Shown here piece by piece: positions 39,074-49,407 of a stretch of 64,000 nt of DNA. The position numbers and the translations under genes are program-made. The DNA is from Myxococcales bacterium (GTDB taxonomy: Bacteria; Myxococcota_A; Polyangia; Polyangiales; DASUME01): NCBI GenBank assembly GCA_047601445.1, contig JASGJH010000001.1, forward strand, positions 3,712,001 through 3,776,000. The letters are read 5' to 3'. The first letter of the stretch is position 1. Every line of letters begins with the position of its first letter. The notes under the pieces were generated by a model. That model had not been told where the DNA came from, did no database searches, and saw only the letters and a program-made list of their open reading frames with translations.

Positions 39074-39387
39074 CCAAAGATTTGGTTCACTGGCTCACGT
39101 TCGAACGAGGCGAGTTTCCCCAGGTCTCCTCAGGTGCGTCGCGCGCCTACACGCGATTGGGGCCGCGCCTGCTGACCTGCGTGGCCACATGAGTAGCCTC
39201 GGTGCCCAAAGTGATCGAACACACTTCCTCGATCAACAATTGTGCGCTCTTCATTCCATCAACACTTGAGAAGTTGGTGCGCACTGTGCGACCCAACCAC
39301 TGCTCTCTTTCGGTGTTGGGGAAGAACACTGAGGGGTTCGCGATGTAGGTCCGCGAACGACGAGCGGTCACATTGGAGGATGGGAAC

Positions 39388-41511
39388 ATGTCCGAGCTAC
39401 TGGGCCGTGGCGCCGTGCGCGCCAGCTTGTTTGCCTTGAGTACGTTGCTGGTCGCCTGCGCGTCCGACCCGAAGCCTTCGTACGCCGGCGGCCCCTCCCC
39501 CTCCGAAAACGACGGCGACGACGCGGGCACTTCCGGTGACGATCCGGAGGACGCCTGCCCCGAAGACAACCCGTACTGCCAGGACGACGGCGACGACAAG
39601 GGCAACGACTGCGGGAGTGAGGCCATCGATCTCACCCCCGTGGGCGTGAACATCATGGTCGCGGTGGACGGGGCGTCCTCCATGTCCACGCATTGGACCA
39701 CCATCCAGAACGCGATCAAGGCCCTGCGCGACAGCCACCCGGACAGCAACGTGGGTCTGCAGATCTTCTGGGGTGAGATCGTGGGCGACCTCCAGGAGGG
39801 CCTGTCCAAGAGCAACTGGTGCGGCCAGACCAAGAACCACTTCCTCGATGTCGGGGCCAACACGGCCAAGGCGTTGGTGGACTTCCTCGGCGCCATGCCG
39901 CCCGGTCCGAGCTTCGTGGATCAGACCTGGGAAACCTCCCCGGTGATCGAGCCGCTCAACTACTACCTCAACAACACCACCAAGCTCGCCGACCCGGCGC
40001 GCACCAACTACCTGGTGTTCGTCACCAACGGCAACGACAACTGCTTCGGCTCGGTGTTCTCCAAGCAAGACGACAAGCTGCTTGCCTACGAGAAGCTCGC
40101 GGTGGAGCTCGGCAAGCTCAACATTCGGGTGATCCCGGTGGGCTTCGACGCTTCCGCCAAGCCCGGCTCCACGGGCAACTTCGGCACCATCAACGGCAAC
40201 ACCGACCTCGAAGTCCTGCAGACGTTGCTCAAGTTCGGCAACTCCGGCCTCAACGATGTGCCGAAGGCGGACGACCCCGCCAAGCTCGGCGACGTATTGA
40301 CCCAGGTCGGAGAGGTGGTGCGCAACTGCCGCTTCGAGATTCCCGCTGCGCTCAATCCCACCGATGCGATCAATCCCTTCCAGCTCGACTTCAGCATCAA
40401 CAACAAGATCATCCAGCGCGACCGACTGCGCGCCGAGGGCTGGAACTTCGTGGACGGCAACACCAGTCAGGTGGAGCTGTTCGGTAAGGCATGCCAGGCG
40501 GTGCAGGGCAAGGCCAAGCTAGAGGCGCACAAGACCTGCGCCGATGACATCTGCGGTACGGCGGCGGTGAAGGTCGAGACCAAGCCCCGTGCGGTGCAGT
40601 ACTTGCTGGACTCCTCGTGGTCGCGCACCGAGTGCGTCGACGGCAGCGTCTGGTGCAAGATCCCGCCCGGCGTGGGCGTCATGCGGCCCAACTCGTACTG
40701 GGAAGTGGTGGAGCACGCGCTCGGCGTCTCGCTGGTGGCGCCCATCAACGACGACATCGACTTCGGCATGCAGTTCTTCCCCGGCAAGAACGCCGAGGCC
40801 TTTACGTGCGACGTCGCGACCAACCCCGAGATCCCGCCCGCGCAGGGCACTGAAATCAGCATCATGAGCGCCATGCTCGAGAAGCTGCCGCTCGGCACGA
40901 GTCCCGTGGTGCAAGTTCTCGAGAACGTCGCTGCAGCTCCGGGACGTCTGGCGGATCCGAACGTCGAAGGCGCGGTGGTCATGCTGTCGGACGGCGGCGA
41001 CAACTGCGCTGGAGTCGATCAGGCCACGGTCGTGACTCGCCTCGGCGCGGCGGCAGCCAAGCTGCTCGCGGCCGGCGTGGAGACCTACGTGGTGCGCTAT
41101 GGCTCCGATGCCGCCAAGACTCCCGAGCAGGACGCCCAGCTGCGCGCCATCGTGGCCAACGGCGGCACCGCCAGCTCGGATCCGAGCGACATGAGCAAGG
41201 TGCCCTACGTGGACGCCAAGAGTGACCAGGAGCTCTCCGACGCCCTGGCCAGCATTTCGAGCAAGCTCGCGACATGCTCCTTCGCTCTCGGAGGTCTGCC
41301 GGCCGATGCCGACAAGACCCGCGCCAACCTCTACCTCAACGGCGAGGTCATTCCCTTCGATAGCGCACACAAGGCGGAGAAGGGTTGGGCCTGGCAAGAC
41401 GAGGCCACCAACTCGGTGCAGCTATTCGGAGAGTCCTGCGACGCCTTCAAGACCAATCGCAAGACGAGCGTGGTCGTGGAGTTCGGTTGCGAGCCGATCG
41501 ATCTGTTGTAA
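39388..41511 (+). CDS. lipoprotein with two tandem vWA-like modules
   Basis: LVAC lipobox; VDGASSM / LDSSWS; VTNG / LSDG; duplicated C-terminal GW...V(E/Q)LFGxxC module. Confidence 0.75.
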   Translation: MSELLGRGAVRASLFALSTLLVACASDPKPSYAGGPSPSENDGDDAGTSGDDPEDACPEDNPYCQDDGDDKGNDCGSEAIDLTPVGVNIMVAVDGASSMSTHWTTIQNAIKALRDSHPDSNVGLQIFWGEIVGDLQEGLSKSNWCGQTKNHFLDVGANTAKALVDFLGAMPPGPSFVDQTWETSPVIEPLNYYLNNTTKLADPARTNYLVFVTNGNDNCFGSVFSKQDDKLLAYEKLAVELGKLNIRVIPVGFDASAKPGSTGNFGTINGNTDLEVLQTLLKFGNSGLNDVPKADDPAKLGDVLTQVGEVVRNCRFEIPAALNPTDAINPFQLDFSINNKIIQRDRLRAEGWNFVDGNTSQVELFGKACQAVQGKAKLEAHKTCADDICGTAAVKVETKPRAVQYLLDSSWSRTECVDGSVWCKIPPGVGVMRPNSYWEVVEHALGVSLVAPINDDIDFGMQFFPGKNAEAFTCDVATNPEIPPAQGTEISIMSAMLEKLPLGTSPVVQVLENVAAAPGRLADPNVEGAVVMLSDGGDNCAGVDQATVVTRLGAAAAKLLAAGVETYVVRYGSDAAKTPEQDAQLRAIVANGGTASSDPSDMSKVPYVDAKSDQELSDALASISSKLATCSFALGGLPADADKTRANLYLNGEVIPFDSAHKAEKGWAWQDEATNSVQLFGESCDAFKTNRKTSVVVEFGCEPIDLL

Positions 41512-41519
41512 GGGCGGGC

Positions 41520-42524
41520 TCAAGCCCGATCAGGCTGTGGCCTCACCGCTAGCTTGACCCGCGCGCGCGCTCGGATGACCAGCAGCTCCTGATCCTTGCC
41601 GATGCGCTCCTCCAGCAACAGCCGATGCAAATCGTCGACGCCGCGGATGGGTTGACCCGCGAAGCCGATGATCACGTCGCCTTTGCGCACGCCAGCGAGC
41701 TCGGCCGCCCCGCCGGGCTCGAGGCCCGTCACGAGCACGCCGGTGTCGCCGTGGAGCTCGAGGGCGCGACCGAGGGGTCGCGGGATGGGCACGTTGCCCG
41801 CTGCGACTCCGAGTTGACTGCGGCGCACGCGCCCGTCCCGAAGCAGCAGCGACGCCACGAGGCGCGCCGTGTTGGATGCGATGGCAAAGCACAGGCCCTG
41901 CGCCGGTAGGATGGTGGCGGTGTTGACGCCGATTACGAGGCCGTCCGAGCTCACCAGGGGCCCGCCCGAATTGCCTGGATTGAGCGCCGCGTCGGTCTGC
42001 ACCAGGTCGTCCATCAAGCGTCCGCTTACCGAACGCAGCGAACGTCCGAGCGCGCTCACCACGCCGGCGGTCACCGTCCAGCCGAAGCCGAGCGGGTTGC
42101 CGATGGCGATGGCTAGCTGCCCGACCCTGAGTCGCTTGCTGTCCGCGAACTCCACGAAGTCGAGCGCATGACCGCTGATGCTGAGCACCGCGAGATCCGT
42201 GTGCAGATCTTGCCCCACCAGGCGCGCTTCGCGCGTGTCGCCCGTGGGCAAGGTAACCATGATGCGTGATCCACCATGGACCACGTGACAGTTCGTGAGA
42301 ACGAGCCCGTCGGGCGCAAACACGAAGCCCGAGCCGGTGCCTTGCCCGCCGCGTCGGCGCGGTGACAGCACGCGCGGCCCGCGCGCCGTGTGGTCGACCT
42401 CGACCTTCACGGCGGCAGGGCCCACGCGCTCGGCCACCCTCGCTACGCTCTGCGAGTAAGCATCGAGCAAAGGCTCGTCGGAATGCGGCACCGAGGGGAC
42501 GTGCAGCTTGCGCGCCTCCTCCAT
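41520..42524 (-). CDS. HtrA/DegP-like trypsin serine protease with PDZ domain
   Basis: GSGFV; LTNCHVV; DLAVL; QTDAALNPGNSGGPL; C-terminal PDZ. Confidence 0.93.
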   Translation of the reverse strand: MEEARKLHVPSVPHSDEPLLDAYSQSVARVAERVGPAAVKVEVDHTARGPRVLSPRRRGGQGTGSGFVFAPDGLVLTNCHVVHGGSRIMVTLPTGDTREARLVGQDLHTDLAVLSISGHALDFVEFADSKRLRVGQLAIAIGNPLGFGWTVTAGVVSALGRSLRSVSGRLMDDLVQTDAALNPGNSGGPLVSSDGLVIGVNTATILPAQGLCFAIASNTARLVASLLLRDGRVRRSQLGVAAGNVPIPRPLGRALELHGDTGVLVTGLEPGGAAELAGVRKGDVIIGFAGQPIRGVDDLHRLLLEERIGKDQELLVIRARARVKLAVRPQPDRA

Positions 42525-42541
42525 ACCCTACTCCTCGTGGT

Positions 42542-43075
42542 TCAGATGCTCAGGACGCCCGTTCTCAAGAGATAGGCGAGCGTCTTGCGCTGTTCGTCGT
42601 CGAGCACCGAATGGATGCGTTTGAGCGCGCGCTCCACGGCGGAACGTACGCGCTCGGCGCTCTTGACCTGTTCCTCCCCGGCGTGCTGCGCCTTGGCCTC
42701 GTCGAAGGCGCTGCTCTCGAGGGCTTCGGCCAGGGCCGAAATGCGCCGGCGCTGATCGACGGCAGCCTGGGCGCGCTCGGTCTTGAGCTCGTCCAGGATG
42801 GTGGCGAAGGTGGCCACCTGGGCTTCGTCCAGGTTCAGTTTGTGCGCGAGAAAGCGCAGCGGACGGCGCACACCGAAGGCACTCGACGCGTCGTGCTCGA
42901 AGCCTGGCGCGGCGTGCGCGAAGCCTCCGCCCCAACGGCCGTGGTGGCCGAAGCCCGGGCCACAGTGCGGGCCTGCCCCGTGGGGGCCATGTCCGTGAGG
43001 TCCGTGGGCCGGGTGCCCTTCGCCACAGCTGCCGTGTTCACGGGACTTCCACCAAGAATAAAAACCAGGATGCAT
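42542..43075 (-). CDS. Spy/CpxP-like helical protein with His/Gly-rich N-terminus
   Basis: KLNLDEAQ...IHSVLDDEQRKTL (LTxxQ-like motifs). Confidence 0.65.
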   Translation of the reverse strand: MHPGFYSWWKSREHGSCGEGHPAHGPHGHGPHGAGPHCGPGFGHHGRWGGGFAHAAPGFEHDASSAFGVRRPLRFLAHKLNLDEAQVATFATILDELKTERAQAAVDQRRRISALAEALESSAFDEAKAQHAGEEQVKSAERVRSAVERALKRIHSVLDDEQRKTLAYLLRTGVLSI

Positions 43076-43250
43076 GACTCTCTCCAACTGCCGGGGGCTT
43101 GAGCTCACCCAGCGGGATCGATGCGGGCAACATGCCTCGCATCGCCACCCGTGCTCCTGAGCGCGGATGTTCTTCCACACTGCGCACGCGGCCGGGGGCT
43201 GTCAAGCGCGGGCCCGGGCTCCTTTGCAGTACTTCACACGGAGCGACCGC

Positions 43251-44810
43251 TTACGGAGACCGCATCCCCAGGTCGCGCAATACTGCCTGCGCACAGTTGT
43301 GTCCCGCCGCGCCGATCACCGAGCCAGCCGGATGGCAGCCCGCACTGGCGCTGTAGAGCCCAGCGATGGGCGTGCGGTAGGCGAGACGATCGGCGAACGC
43401 AAAGGTGTTGTCGACGTGATGGATGTGGCCGTGGCGCATGCCGAAGCGTCGCTCGATGGCCTCCGGGTGCAGGACGAGTCGGTCGGCCACCAACTCGCTC
43501 GTGCCAGGTGCGAAGCGGTCGCACAGGCTCAGGAGGTGGTCGGCGTAGCGGTCGGCTTCGGCGTCCCAGCTGGACTCGGCGAGACGGTTCGGCACCCACT
43601 GCACGAACAGCGCGGAGCTGTGGTGGCCGGCACCGTCCTGCAGCGAAGGGTCGAGACTGGTCTGCACGTACCACTCGATGCTCGGGAACTCAGGCAGCTT
43701 TCCAGCGAGCGCGTCCGCGTGGGCGCGCGCGAGCGCATCGAGCACGCGGCCCTCCTGAGGCAGCAGGTGGATGGTGGCCTGGTGTTGACCGCGCAGTTCG
43801 GGCAAGCAGGTGAAGCGAGGCAAGTCGCGCAGGGCCAGGTTGAGCTTGAGCGTCGTACCCGGCCGCGCGTAGGCGTCGAGCCGCGCGTTGTACGCAGCGT
43901 CGAAGCGCTCACGACCGACCAAGTCGCGCATGCTGAAAGGGTCCGCGTTCACGATCACCGCACGACAGTGCAGGGAACGCCCGTCCGCCAAGCGCACCTC
44001 GCAGGGCGAGCCGTCGGGAAAGGCGAGCTCCGCCACCTCGGCCTGGGTCTCGATGCGCACGCCAGCCGCCCCGGCGAGGCGCGCGAGTTCCTGCGTGATG
44101 CTGCCCATGCCACCGCGCACCATCATCCACGTGCCGTCGGCGTTGGGCAGTCGACACATGTTGTGGACGAAGAAATTGTGGCCACTGCCTGGCGTGTCCC
44201 ACGCTCCACTCGAGCCGCTGAAGCCATCGGTCACGGCGTACATCGCCTTGAGGAGCTCGCTCTCGAAGCCGAAGCGCTCCAGGTAGGCGCCCACGCTGCC
44301 ACGACACAGCTCCACGAAGATGCTGCGCAAGGCAGGGCGCACGTAGCGCTCGGCCGTCTGCTCTACGCTCTCGGGTTCACGCAGCCAGCTCGCCGCGAGA
44401 TCGTCGCGCAGGGCAGCGAGCTCGCGTTGCAATGCGTCGTGGGCGTCGAGGTCGTGCTCGGAGAAGGAGCGCCGCATCTGCCGCTCGAAGGCGGCGCGGT
44501 CGCTGCCGAACAGCAAGTAGCCAGCGCGCGCGAGGGGCAAGAAGTAGTGCGGGTCCCGGCGCAGCAAGCTGAGCTCGAGGCCCAGCGACGCGAGCAACTC
44601 CGGAGGCATTAGCCCGAGCAGGTAGGCACCCGTGGATTGACCGAGTCCAGGGACTTGGGCGAAGGGTTGCTCCGTGACGCAGGCGCCGCCAACCCGAGGT
44701 CGGGCCTCGAGCAGTGCTACGCGCAGGCCAGCGCGTGCCAACAACAAGGCCGCCACCAAGCCGTTGTGGCCGCCACCCACCGTCACGACATCGACATGTT
44801 GAGCGGTCAC
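43251..44810 (-). CDS. phytoene-dehydrogenase-like NAD(P)/FAD oxidoreductase
   Basis: VGGGHNGLVAA; VGGAC; GCHPAGSVIGAAGHN. Confidence 0.88.
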   Translation of the reverse strand: MTAQHVDVVTVGGGHNGLVAALLLARAGLRVALLEARPRVGGACVTEQPFAQVPGLGQSTGAYLLGLMPPELLASLGLELSLLRRDPHYFLPLARAGYLLFGSDRAAFERQMRRSFSEHDLDAHDALQRELAALRDDLAASWLREPESVEQTAERYVRPALRSIFVELCRGSVGAYLERFGFESELLKAMYAVTDGFSGSSGAWDTPGSGHNFFVHNMCRLPNADGTWMMVRGGMGSITQELARLAGAAGVRIETQAEVAELAFPDGSPCEVRLADGRSLHCRAVIVNADPFSMRDLVGRERFDAAYNARLDAYARPGTTLKLNLALRDLPRFTCLPELRGQHQATIHLLPQEGRVLDALARAHADALAGKLPEFPSIEWYVQTSLDPSLQDGAGHHSSALFVQWVPNRLAESSWDAEADRYADHLLSLCDRFAPGTSELVADRLVLHPEAIERRFGMRHGHIHHVDNTFAFADRLAYRTPIAGLYSASAGCHPAGSVIGAAGHNCAQAVLRDLGMRSP

Positions 44811-44898
44811 CAAGAAACTCTGCCACAGCGCGCGCGACCACCACAACGCGGGCGAGCGCTGTGGGCCAGTGATATAGGTAGATCTCGGAGCGCAGCCG

Positions 44899-45981
44899 AT
44901 GAGAGTGTGCACGCTGTTACTCGCAGCCAGCCTGGCGGTATGCACGAGCGCATGTGGGCGCACGCAGAGCTCGGCCGACGCCGATGCCGAGCTGGATGAA
45001 GCCCTGGCCGCCAAGGCCATGCTGCTGGGACGCACGCGTTCTCCCGTGTTCTTCCTTACCTCCGAGAGCGACTCACCGGCGCTCGGCTTCGGAAGCGACG
45101 ATGCCAAACTCGTAGTGCGCGACGATCCCTCCGAAAATGGGCGTACTCCGGTGCGGGTGCTCGGTCGCTTGCATCTCGAGGCCTACGTGCCGAACGGTCT
45201 GGTGGAGCTGCGCGTGCAGGAGAACACGCCGGTCGCGGGCACTGCGTTGGTGCTGCGCGCAGGAGATCGCGTCGGTCTGGTCGAGCCGCGCAACGACTCC
45301 GGGGTCCATCGTGTGAACATCCGCGTGGCCGTGGCGGATCAGGTCTTGGGCCCCTTCGAGGGTGGCCTGGATGCTCGCTATCTGTCGGCCAAGCCGCCCC
45401 CCAAGTCGGAACCGCTCGAGTCGGGCATCGCATACACGCTGCCTGCGAACACCGCGCTCCCGGTCTATCGCGGTCCCCGTGAGGAGCTCTTGACCTTGGT
45501 GCCTCCCTTGGTCGCCGAGCTGCCGGTGACGGTGCTCGCCATCGAGCGCAATTGGTTCATGGTGCGGGTGGGCAAGGGGCCCTTCTTGCAGGGCTTCACG
45601 AACGCTCCGCTCGCACTGGTGGGAAAGCCAGCAGGCGCACGCATGGTCCAACTCAAACCAAAGCAGAAGCGCCCCATCAACAGCGTGCCCTGGCGCATCG
45701 CCCAGAGTCCAGGACCACTCTTGCTGGTGGCCGCGGGCACGCAGCTGCGCTTCCGCGGACGCATCGTGGCCACGTTGCGCTCGGCCGGTTGGGCACGCGC
45801 GCTCGGCTCGATCGATCATGACGGCGACGTCGAAGTGTTGGCCGCGGTGGACGACATCGTCACCGTGCGCGGCACGGCACCCAAGCCCGCGCTCACGGTG
45901 GTGAGCGAAGAAGCGCTGGGGCTCGAGCCCGTCAGCGGACCGGGCTACGCAGCGGAGCTGGGTTCTGCGATCAAGCCATAG
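44899..45981 (+). CDS. hypothetical lipoprotein
   Basis: TSAC lipobox; coherent codon usage. Confidence 0.6.
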   Translation: MRVCTLLLAASLAVCTSACGRTQSSADADAELDEALAAKAMLLGRTRSPVFFLTSESDSPALGFGSDDAKLVVRDDPSENGRTPVRVLGRLHLEAYVPNGLVELRVQENTPVAGTALVLRAGDRVGLVEPRNDSGVHRVNIRVAVADQVLGPFEGGLDARYLSAKPPPKSEPLESGIAYTLPANTALPVYRGPREELLTLVPPLVAELPVTVLAIERNWFMVRVGKGPFLQGFTNAPLALVGKPAGARMVQLKPKQKRPINSVPWRIAQSPGPLLLVAAGTQLRFRGRIVATLRSAGWARALGSIDHDGDVEVLAAVDDIVTVRGTAPKPALTVVSEEALGLEPVSGPGYAAELGSAIKP

Positions 45982-45995
45982 CGGATGTCACTACC

Positions 45996-46766
45996 TCACA
46001 AGTACATGCCGCCCGAGAACTCGATGCGCTGCCCCGTCAGCCAGCGTCCCTCCGGCGCGAGCAGCGCGGCCACCGCCTCACCGATGTCATCGGGCAGGCC
46101 CACGCGCCCCAGCGCGGTCTGTTCGGCGACCGCCTTGTTCACCGCGGCGTTGTCGCGCACCAGGCCGCCTCCGAAGTCGGTCTCGATGGCCCCCGGAGCG
46201 ATCACGTTGACGGCGATCTTCCTGGCCCCGAGTTCCTTGGCCATGTAGCGCGTGAGCACCTCGACACCGCCCTTCATCGCGGCGTAGGCGGCGTAGCCGG
46301 GCGTCGAGAAGCGGGCGAGCCCCGAGGAGACATTGAGCACCCGACCGCCGTCGGCGATCAGCGGGAGCAGGCGCTGGGTGAGGAAGAAGGGCGCCTTCAG
46401 GTGAATCTTCATCAGCTCGTCGAATTGGGCCTCGCTGGTCTCCGCGAAGCTTGCGTGGGTGCCGATGCCCGCGTTGTTCACCAGGAAGTCGAAGCGCTCG
46501 CGCTTGAAGGTGCGGGCGAGCTCCATCCTCAACGCCTGCGCGAACGCCGCGAAGCTCGCGCTGTCGCTGACATCGAGCGGGAGCTTGGCGGCTCGTCGCC
46601 CCAGGGCCTCGATCTGCTCGACTACCGCCTGGGCCTCGTCGGCGCGCGAACGGTAGGTGATGATCACATCGATGCCGTGCTCGGCCAGGTGAAGAGCCAT
46701 GCTCTTGCCGAGGCCACGGCTGCCGCCGGTGATGAGAGCGATGCGTTGTTCGGGGTAGGTCTTCAT
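45996..46766 (-). CDS. short-chain dehydrogenase/reductase
   Basis: TGGSRGLG; NNAG; YAAMK; APGAIETD. Confidence 0.95.
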   Translation of the reverse strand: MKTYPEQRIALITGGSRGLGKSMALHLAEHGIDVIITYRSRADEAQAVVEQIEALGRRAAKLPLDVSDSASFAAFAQALRMELARTFKRERFDFLVNNAGIGTHASFAETSEAQFDELMKIHLKAPFFLTQRLLPLIADGGRVLNVSSGLARFSTPGYAAYAAMKGGVEVLTRYMAKELGARKIAVNVIAPGAIETDFGGGLVRDNAAVNKAVAEQTALGRVGLPDDIGEAVAALLAPEGRWLTGQRIEFSGGMYL

Positions 46767-46850
46767 GGCTGCGTCCTTCTCGTTGAGCGCTGATGTTGGT
46801 CAGCCTAGGACCGGGCGGGCGGGTGCGGAAGACGCGCTGCCCCGACACAC

Positions 46851-46869
46851 TGTTTCGTGATACAAAACA
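46851..46869. promoter_or_regulatory. LysR-type binding box
   Basis: TGTTT-N9-AAACA dyad in the divergent SDR/LysR spacer. Confidence 0.55.
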
Positions 46870-46874
46870 ATCCC

Positions 46875-47765
46875 ATGGAGCTCGACGCGCTCAGGGCATT
46901 CGTGAAAGTCGCCGAATTCGCCAGTTTCACGCGGGCCTCCGAGCAGCTCGGTCTGTCCAAGGCGCGGGTCTCGGTGTTAGTGGGCGAGCTCGAGAGCGAG
47001 GTCGGAAGTCGCCTCTTGCAGCGCACCACGCGCGCCGTGCGCCTCACGCCGAGCGGAGAGCAGTTTCTGGTCAAGGCCAGCAGCCTATTGGCCGAGGCCG
47101 ACGAGCTCGCGCACATGTTCCAAGCGCCGAGCACCCTGCGCGGGAGCGTGCGCGTGGATCTGCCGCAAACCATGGCGCGCACGGTGGTCATCCCGCGCTT
47201 GCCCGAGTTCCTGGCCAGCCATCCCGGCATCGAGCTGTTCTTGAGCACCACCGATCGCAGGGTGGACCTGGTGCGCGAGGGCTTCGACTGCGTGCTGCGC
47301 GTGGGCAAGCTGCTGGACTCGGGGCTGGTGGCGCGAAAGCTCGGCAGCCTGCCCGTGATCAATGTCGCGAGCCCCAGCTACCTGGGCAAGTACGGAATGC
47401 CGCGCACACTGGCCGATCTGCGCCGGCATCTCGTCGTGCACTACGCGGCCAACGTGCGCGAACGCCCGAGCTTCGAGTACGTCGAGGATGGCTCCACCCG
47501 CGAGGTGCCGATGCGAAGCCTCGTCACCGTCAACTCCACGGACGCCTACTCGGCCGCATGTTTGGCCGGCCTCGGGATCATCCAGGCCCCGCGCTCCGGT
47601 GTGGCGGCGGGCATCCGCGACGGGCTGCTGCTCGAGGTGCTGTCGCAGCACACCCCCGAGGCGATGCCGGTGTCACTGGTGCACGGTTACACACGGAACG
47701 TACCGAAGCCGGTGCACGCCGTGATGGAGTGGCTCTCACAGGTGCTGCGGCGTCACTTGGAGTGA
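46875..47765 (+). CDS. LysR-family transcriptional regulator (CrgA/DmlR-like)
   Basis: LRAFVKVAEFASFTRASEQL...LLQRTTRAVRLTPSG; DLVREGFDCVLRVG. Confidence 0.95.
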   Translation: MELDALRAFVKVAEFASFTRASEQLGLSKARVSVLVGELESEVGSRLLQRTTRAVRLTPSGEQFLVKASSLLAEADELAHMFQAPSTLRGSVRVDLPQTMARTVVIPRLPEFLASHPGIELFLSTTDRRVDLVREGFDCVLRVGKLLDSGLVARKLGSLPVINVASPSYLGKYGMPRTLADLRRHLVVHYAANVRERPSFEYVEDGSTREVPMRSLVTVNSTDAYSAACLAGLGIIQAPRSGVAAGIRDGLLLEVLSQHTPEAMPVSLVHGYTRNVPKPVHAVMEWLSQVLRRHLE

Positions 47766-47809
47766 GCGCTCTGTACGGCGGGGCCCCGGGGTGTTATGTC
47801 GGAGACCGA

Positions 47810-48364
47810 ATGGCGGGGAAGAAGAAGGCGCATGCAGCGGCGCGCAGACGGGACAAGTCCCGCTCCGCTGGCGCCACGCCCAAGCACTTCCTGCGTCAGG
47901 GCTCCTCCGAAGTCGCGGCCCCCCTCAGCGCCTGGGCGCTCGCGCGCCGACGCGCGGACGAAGCGGCCCAGCTCCTGTCGGAACAGGGAGCGCTGCTCGA
48001 AGAGCTGCTCACGGAATGGGAAGTGGAACCCTGGAGCAGCATGGACTGCGGCGAGTTCGTGAGCCCGCTCGCCCGAAACTGGCCCCACGCGCGTTGGCCC
48101 GAGGATCCCCGTTCGCTGTTCCCCGAGCCCGACAATCACGCCGTGCTGCGGATGGCCAGGCGCCTGCAGGCGCGAGCAGGCCGGCTGTTCGACCTGGGCG
48201 CTGTGGAATTAGCGTTGCGGACATTGCAGGAGGATCGCCTGGCCCGTGCCCGCGGCATCCCCCTCGAAACCCTGCGGGCCGCCAAGGCCGCCGCGGTGGC
48301 GCGCTGGACTGCGCACAAGCGAAAGGCACCGTTCACGCGCCTGCGGGAAAACCGAAACGCCTGA
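47810..48364 (+). CDS. hypothetical protein
   Basis: GGAG RBS; basic N-terminus; helical body. Confidence 0.55.
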   Translation: MAGKKKAHAAARRRDKSRSAGATPKHFLRQGSSEVAAPLSAWALARRRADEAAQLLSEQGALLEELLTEWEVEPWSSMDCGEFVSPLARNWPHARWPEDPRSLFPEPDNHAVLRMARRLQARAGRLFDLGAVELALRTLQEDRLARARGIPLETLRAAKAAAVARWTAHKRKAPFTRLRENRNA

Positions 48365-48504
48365 GCGGGCGCGCTTTGTCAGCCGGAAAACATCGGGCTG
48401 GAGCGCCGGACCGACTGGCGCGGCGAAGCCGAGCCGAATCGCGCCGTGCTCACACAAGCCGTTCGCCCCGAGCCCAAAGCGGCAGTAGTACTCTCGTGCC
48501 TCCC

Positions 48505-49404
48505 ATGCTGCCGGCTGTCTTCTCCCGCTTACTGCGTCTCGGCTCGCTCACGCTCGCCTTGTGGCTGGTTCAGCCCTCGTTGCTCGTGCGCGCCGACGAG
48601 ATCGACGGGGTCGAAGTCGACGCGCGCGATCTGCAGGCCCGTGAGGCCTTCGCCGCGGGACGCTACCAAGACGCGGTCGATCTGTTCGCCAAGCTGTATG
48701 CGACGCATCCGCACCCGAACTATCTGCACAACATCGGGCGCTGCTATCAGAACCTCGGGGACGCCGATCGGGCCATCGCGAGCTTTCGCGAGTTCTTGCG
48801 CCAGGCCAGCAAGATCTCCCCCGAGACGCGCACGCAGGTCGAGGGCTACATCGCGGAGATGGAACGTTTGAAGGAGGAGCAGGCCCCAGAAGCCGACGCT
48901 CCCAGCCCACCACTCGCGGAGCCCGACGTTCCCGTGCTGCCCGCGCCCGACATCACCCCAAGTTCGAAAGCTATCACCCCAAGCATTGCTCCGGTCATGG
49001 CAGAGCCGCCCGCGACGGCCAGGCCGACGAGCACGCCCCCACCACCGCCGGCAGAGTCCCCGCGCTGGCGACGCCCGTTCGCGTTCGGACTGCTCGGGGC
49101 GGGCGTCACTTCCCTCGCGCTCGGCGGCTACTACGGCATGCGCTCCCTGCATCGCTACAAAGAGGCCGACGAGGGCTGCCCGGAGCACCAGGGCTGTGCG
49201 GCCGGGGCGCTCTCCGATCGCGACGATGCGCAGCGCTACGCCTGGGTCTCCAATGTCACCTTCGTCGCGGGCGCCGCCTTGGTAGCAACCGGCACGGTGT
49301 TGCTCTTCAAGTGGTCGCGCCCGAAGGGTCGCGGGGAAGCCCCCCGGACCGCCCTGTCCCTGCGCGCGCACGCCGCGGGCATGTCGCTGCGAGGAGCCTT
49401 CTAA
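48505..49404 (+). CDS. tetratricopeptide-repeat membrane protein
   Basis: AREAFAAGRYQDAVDLF...LHNIGRCYQNLG...AIASFREFL; two C-terminal TM segments. Confidence 0.85.
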   Translation: MLPAVFSRLLRLGSLTLALWLVQPSLLVRADEIDGVEVDARDLQAREAFAAGRYQDAVDLFAKLYATHPHPNYLHNIGRCYQNLGDADRAIASFREFLRQASKISPETRTQVEGYIAEMERLKEEQAPEADAPSPPLAEPDVPVLPAPDITPSSKAITPSIAPVMAEPPATARPTSTPPPPPAESPRWRRPFAFGLLGAGVTSLALGGYYGMRSLHRYKEADEGCPEHQGCAAGALSDRDDAQRYAWVSNVTFVAGAALVATGTVLLFKWSRPKGRGEAPRTALSLRAHAAGMSLRGAF

Positions 49405-49407
49405 GGC

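Noticed and set aside
39074..39387. Possible riboswitch in the 310-bp spacer before the vWA gene
   Set aside because: Only short generic hairpins; no recognisable aptamer consensus.
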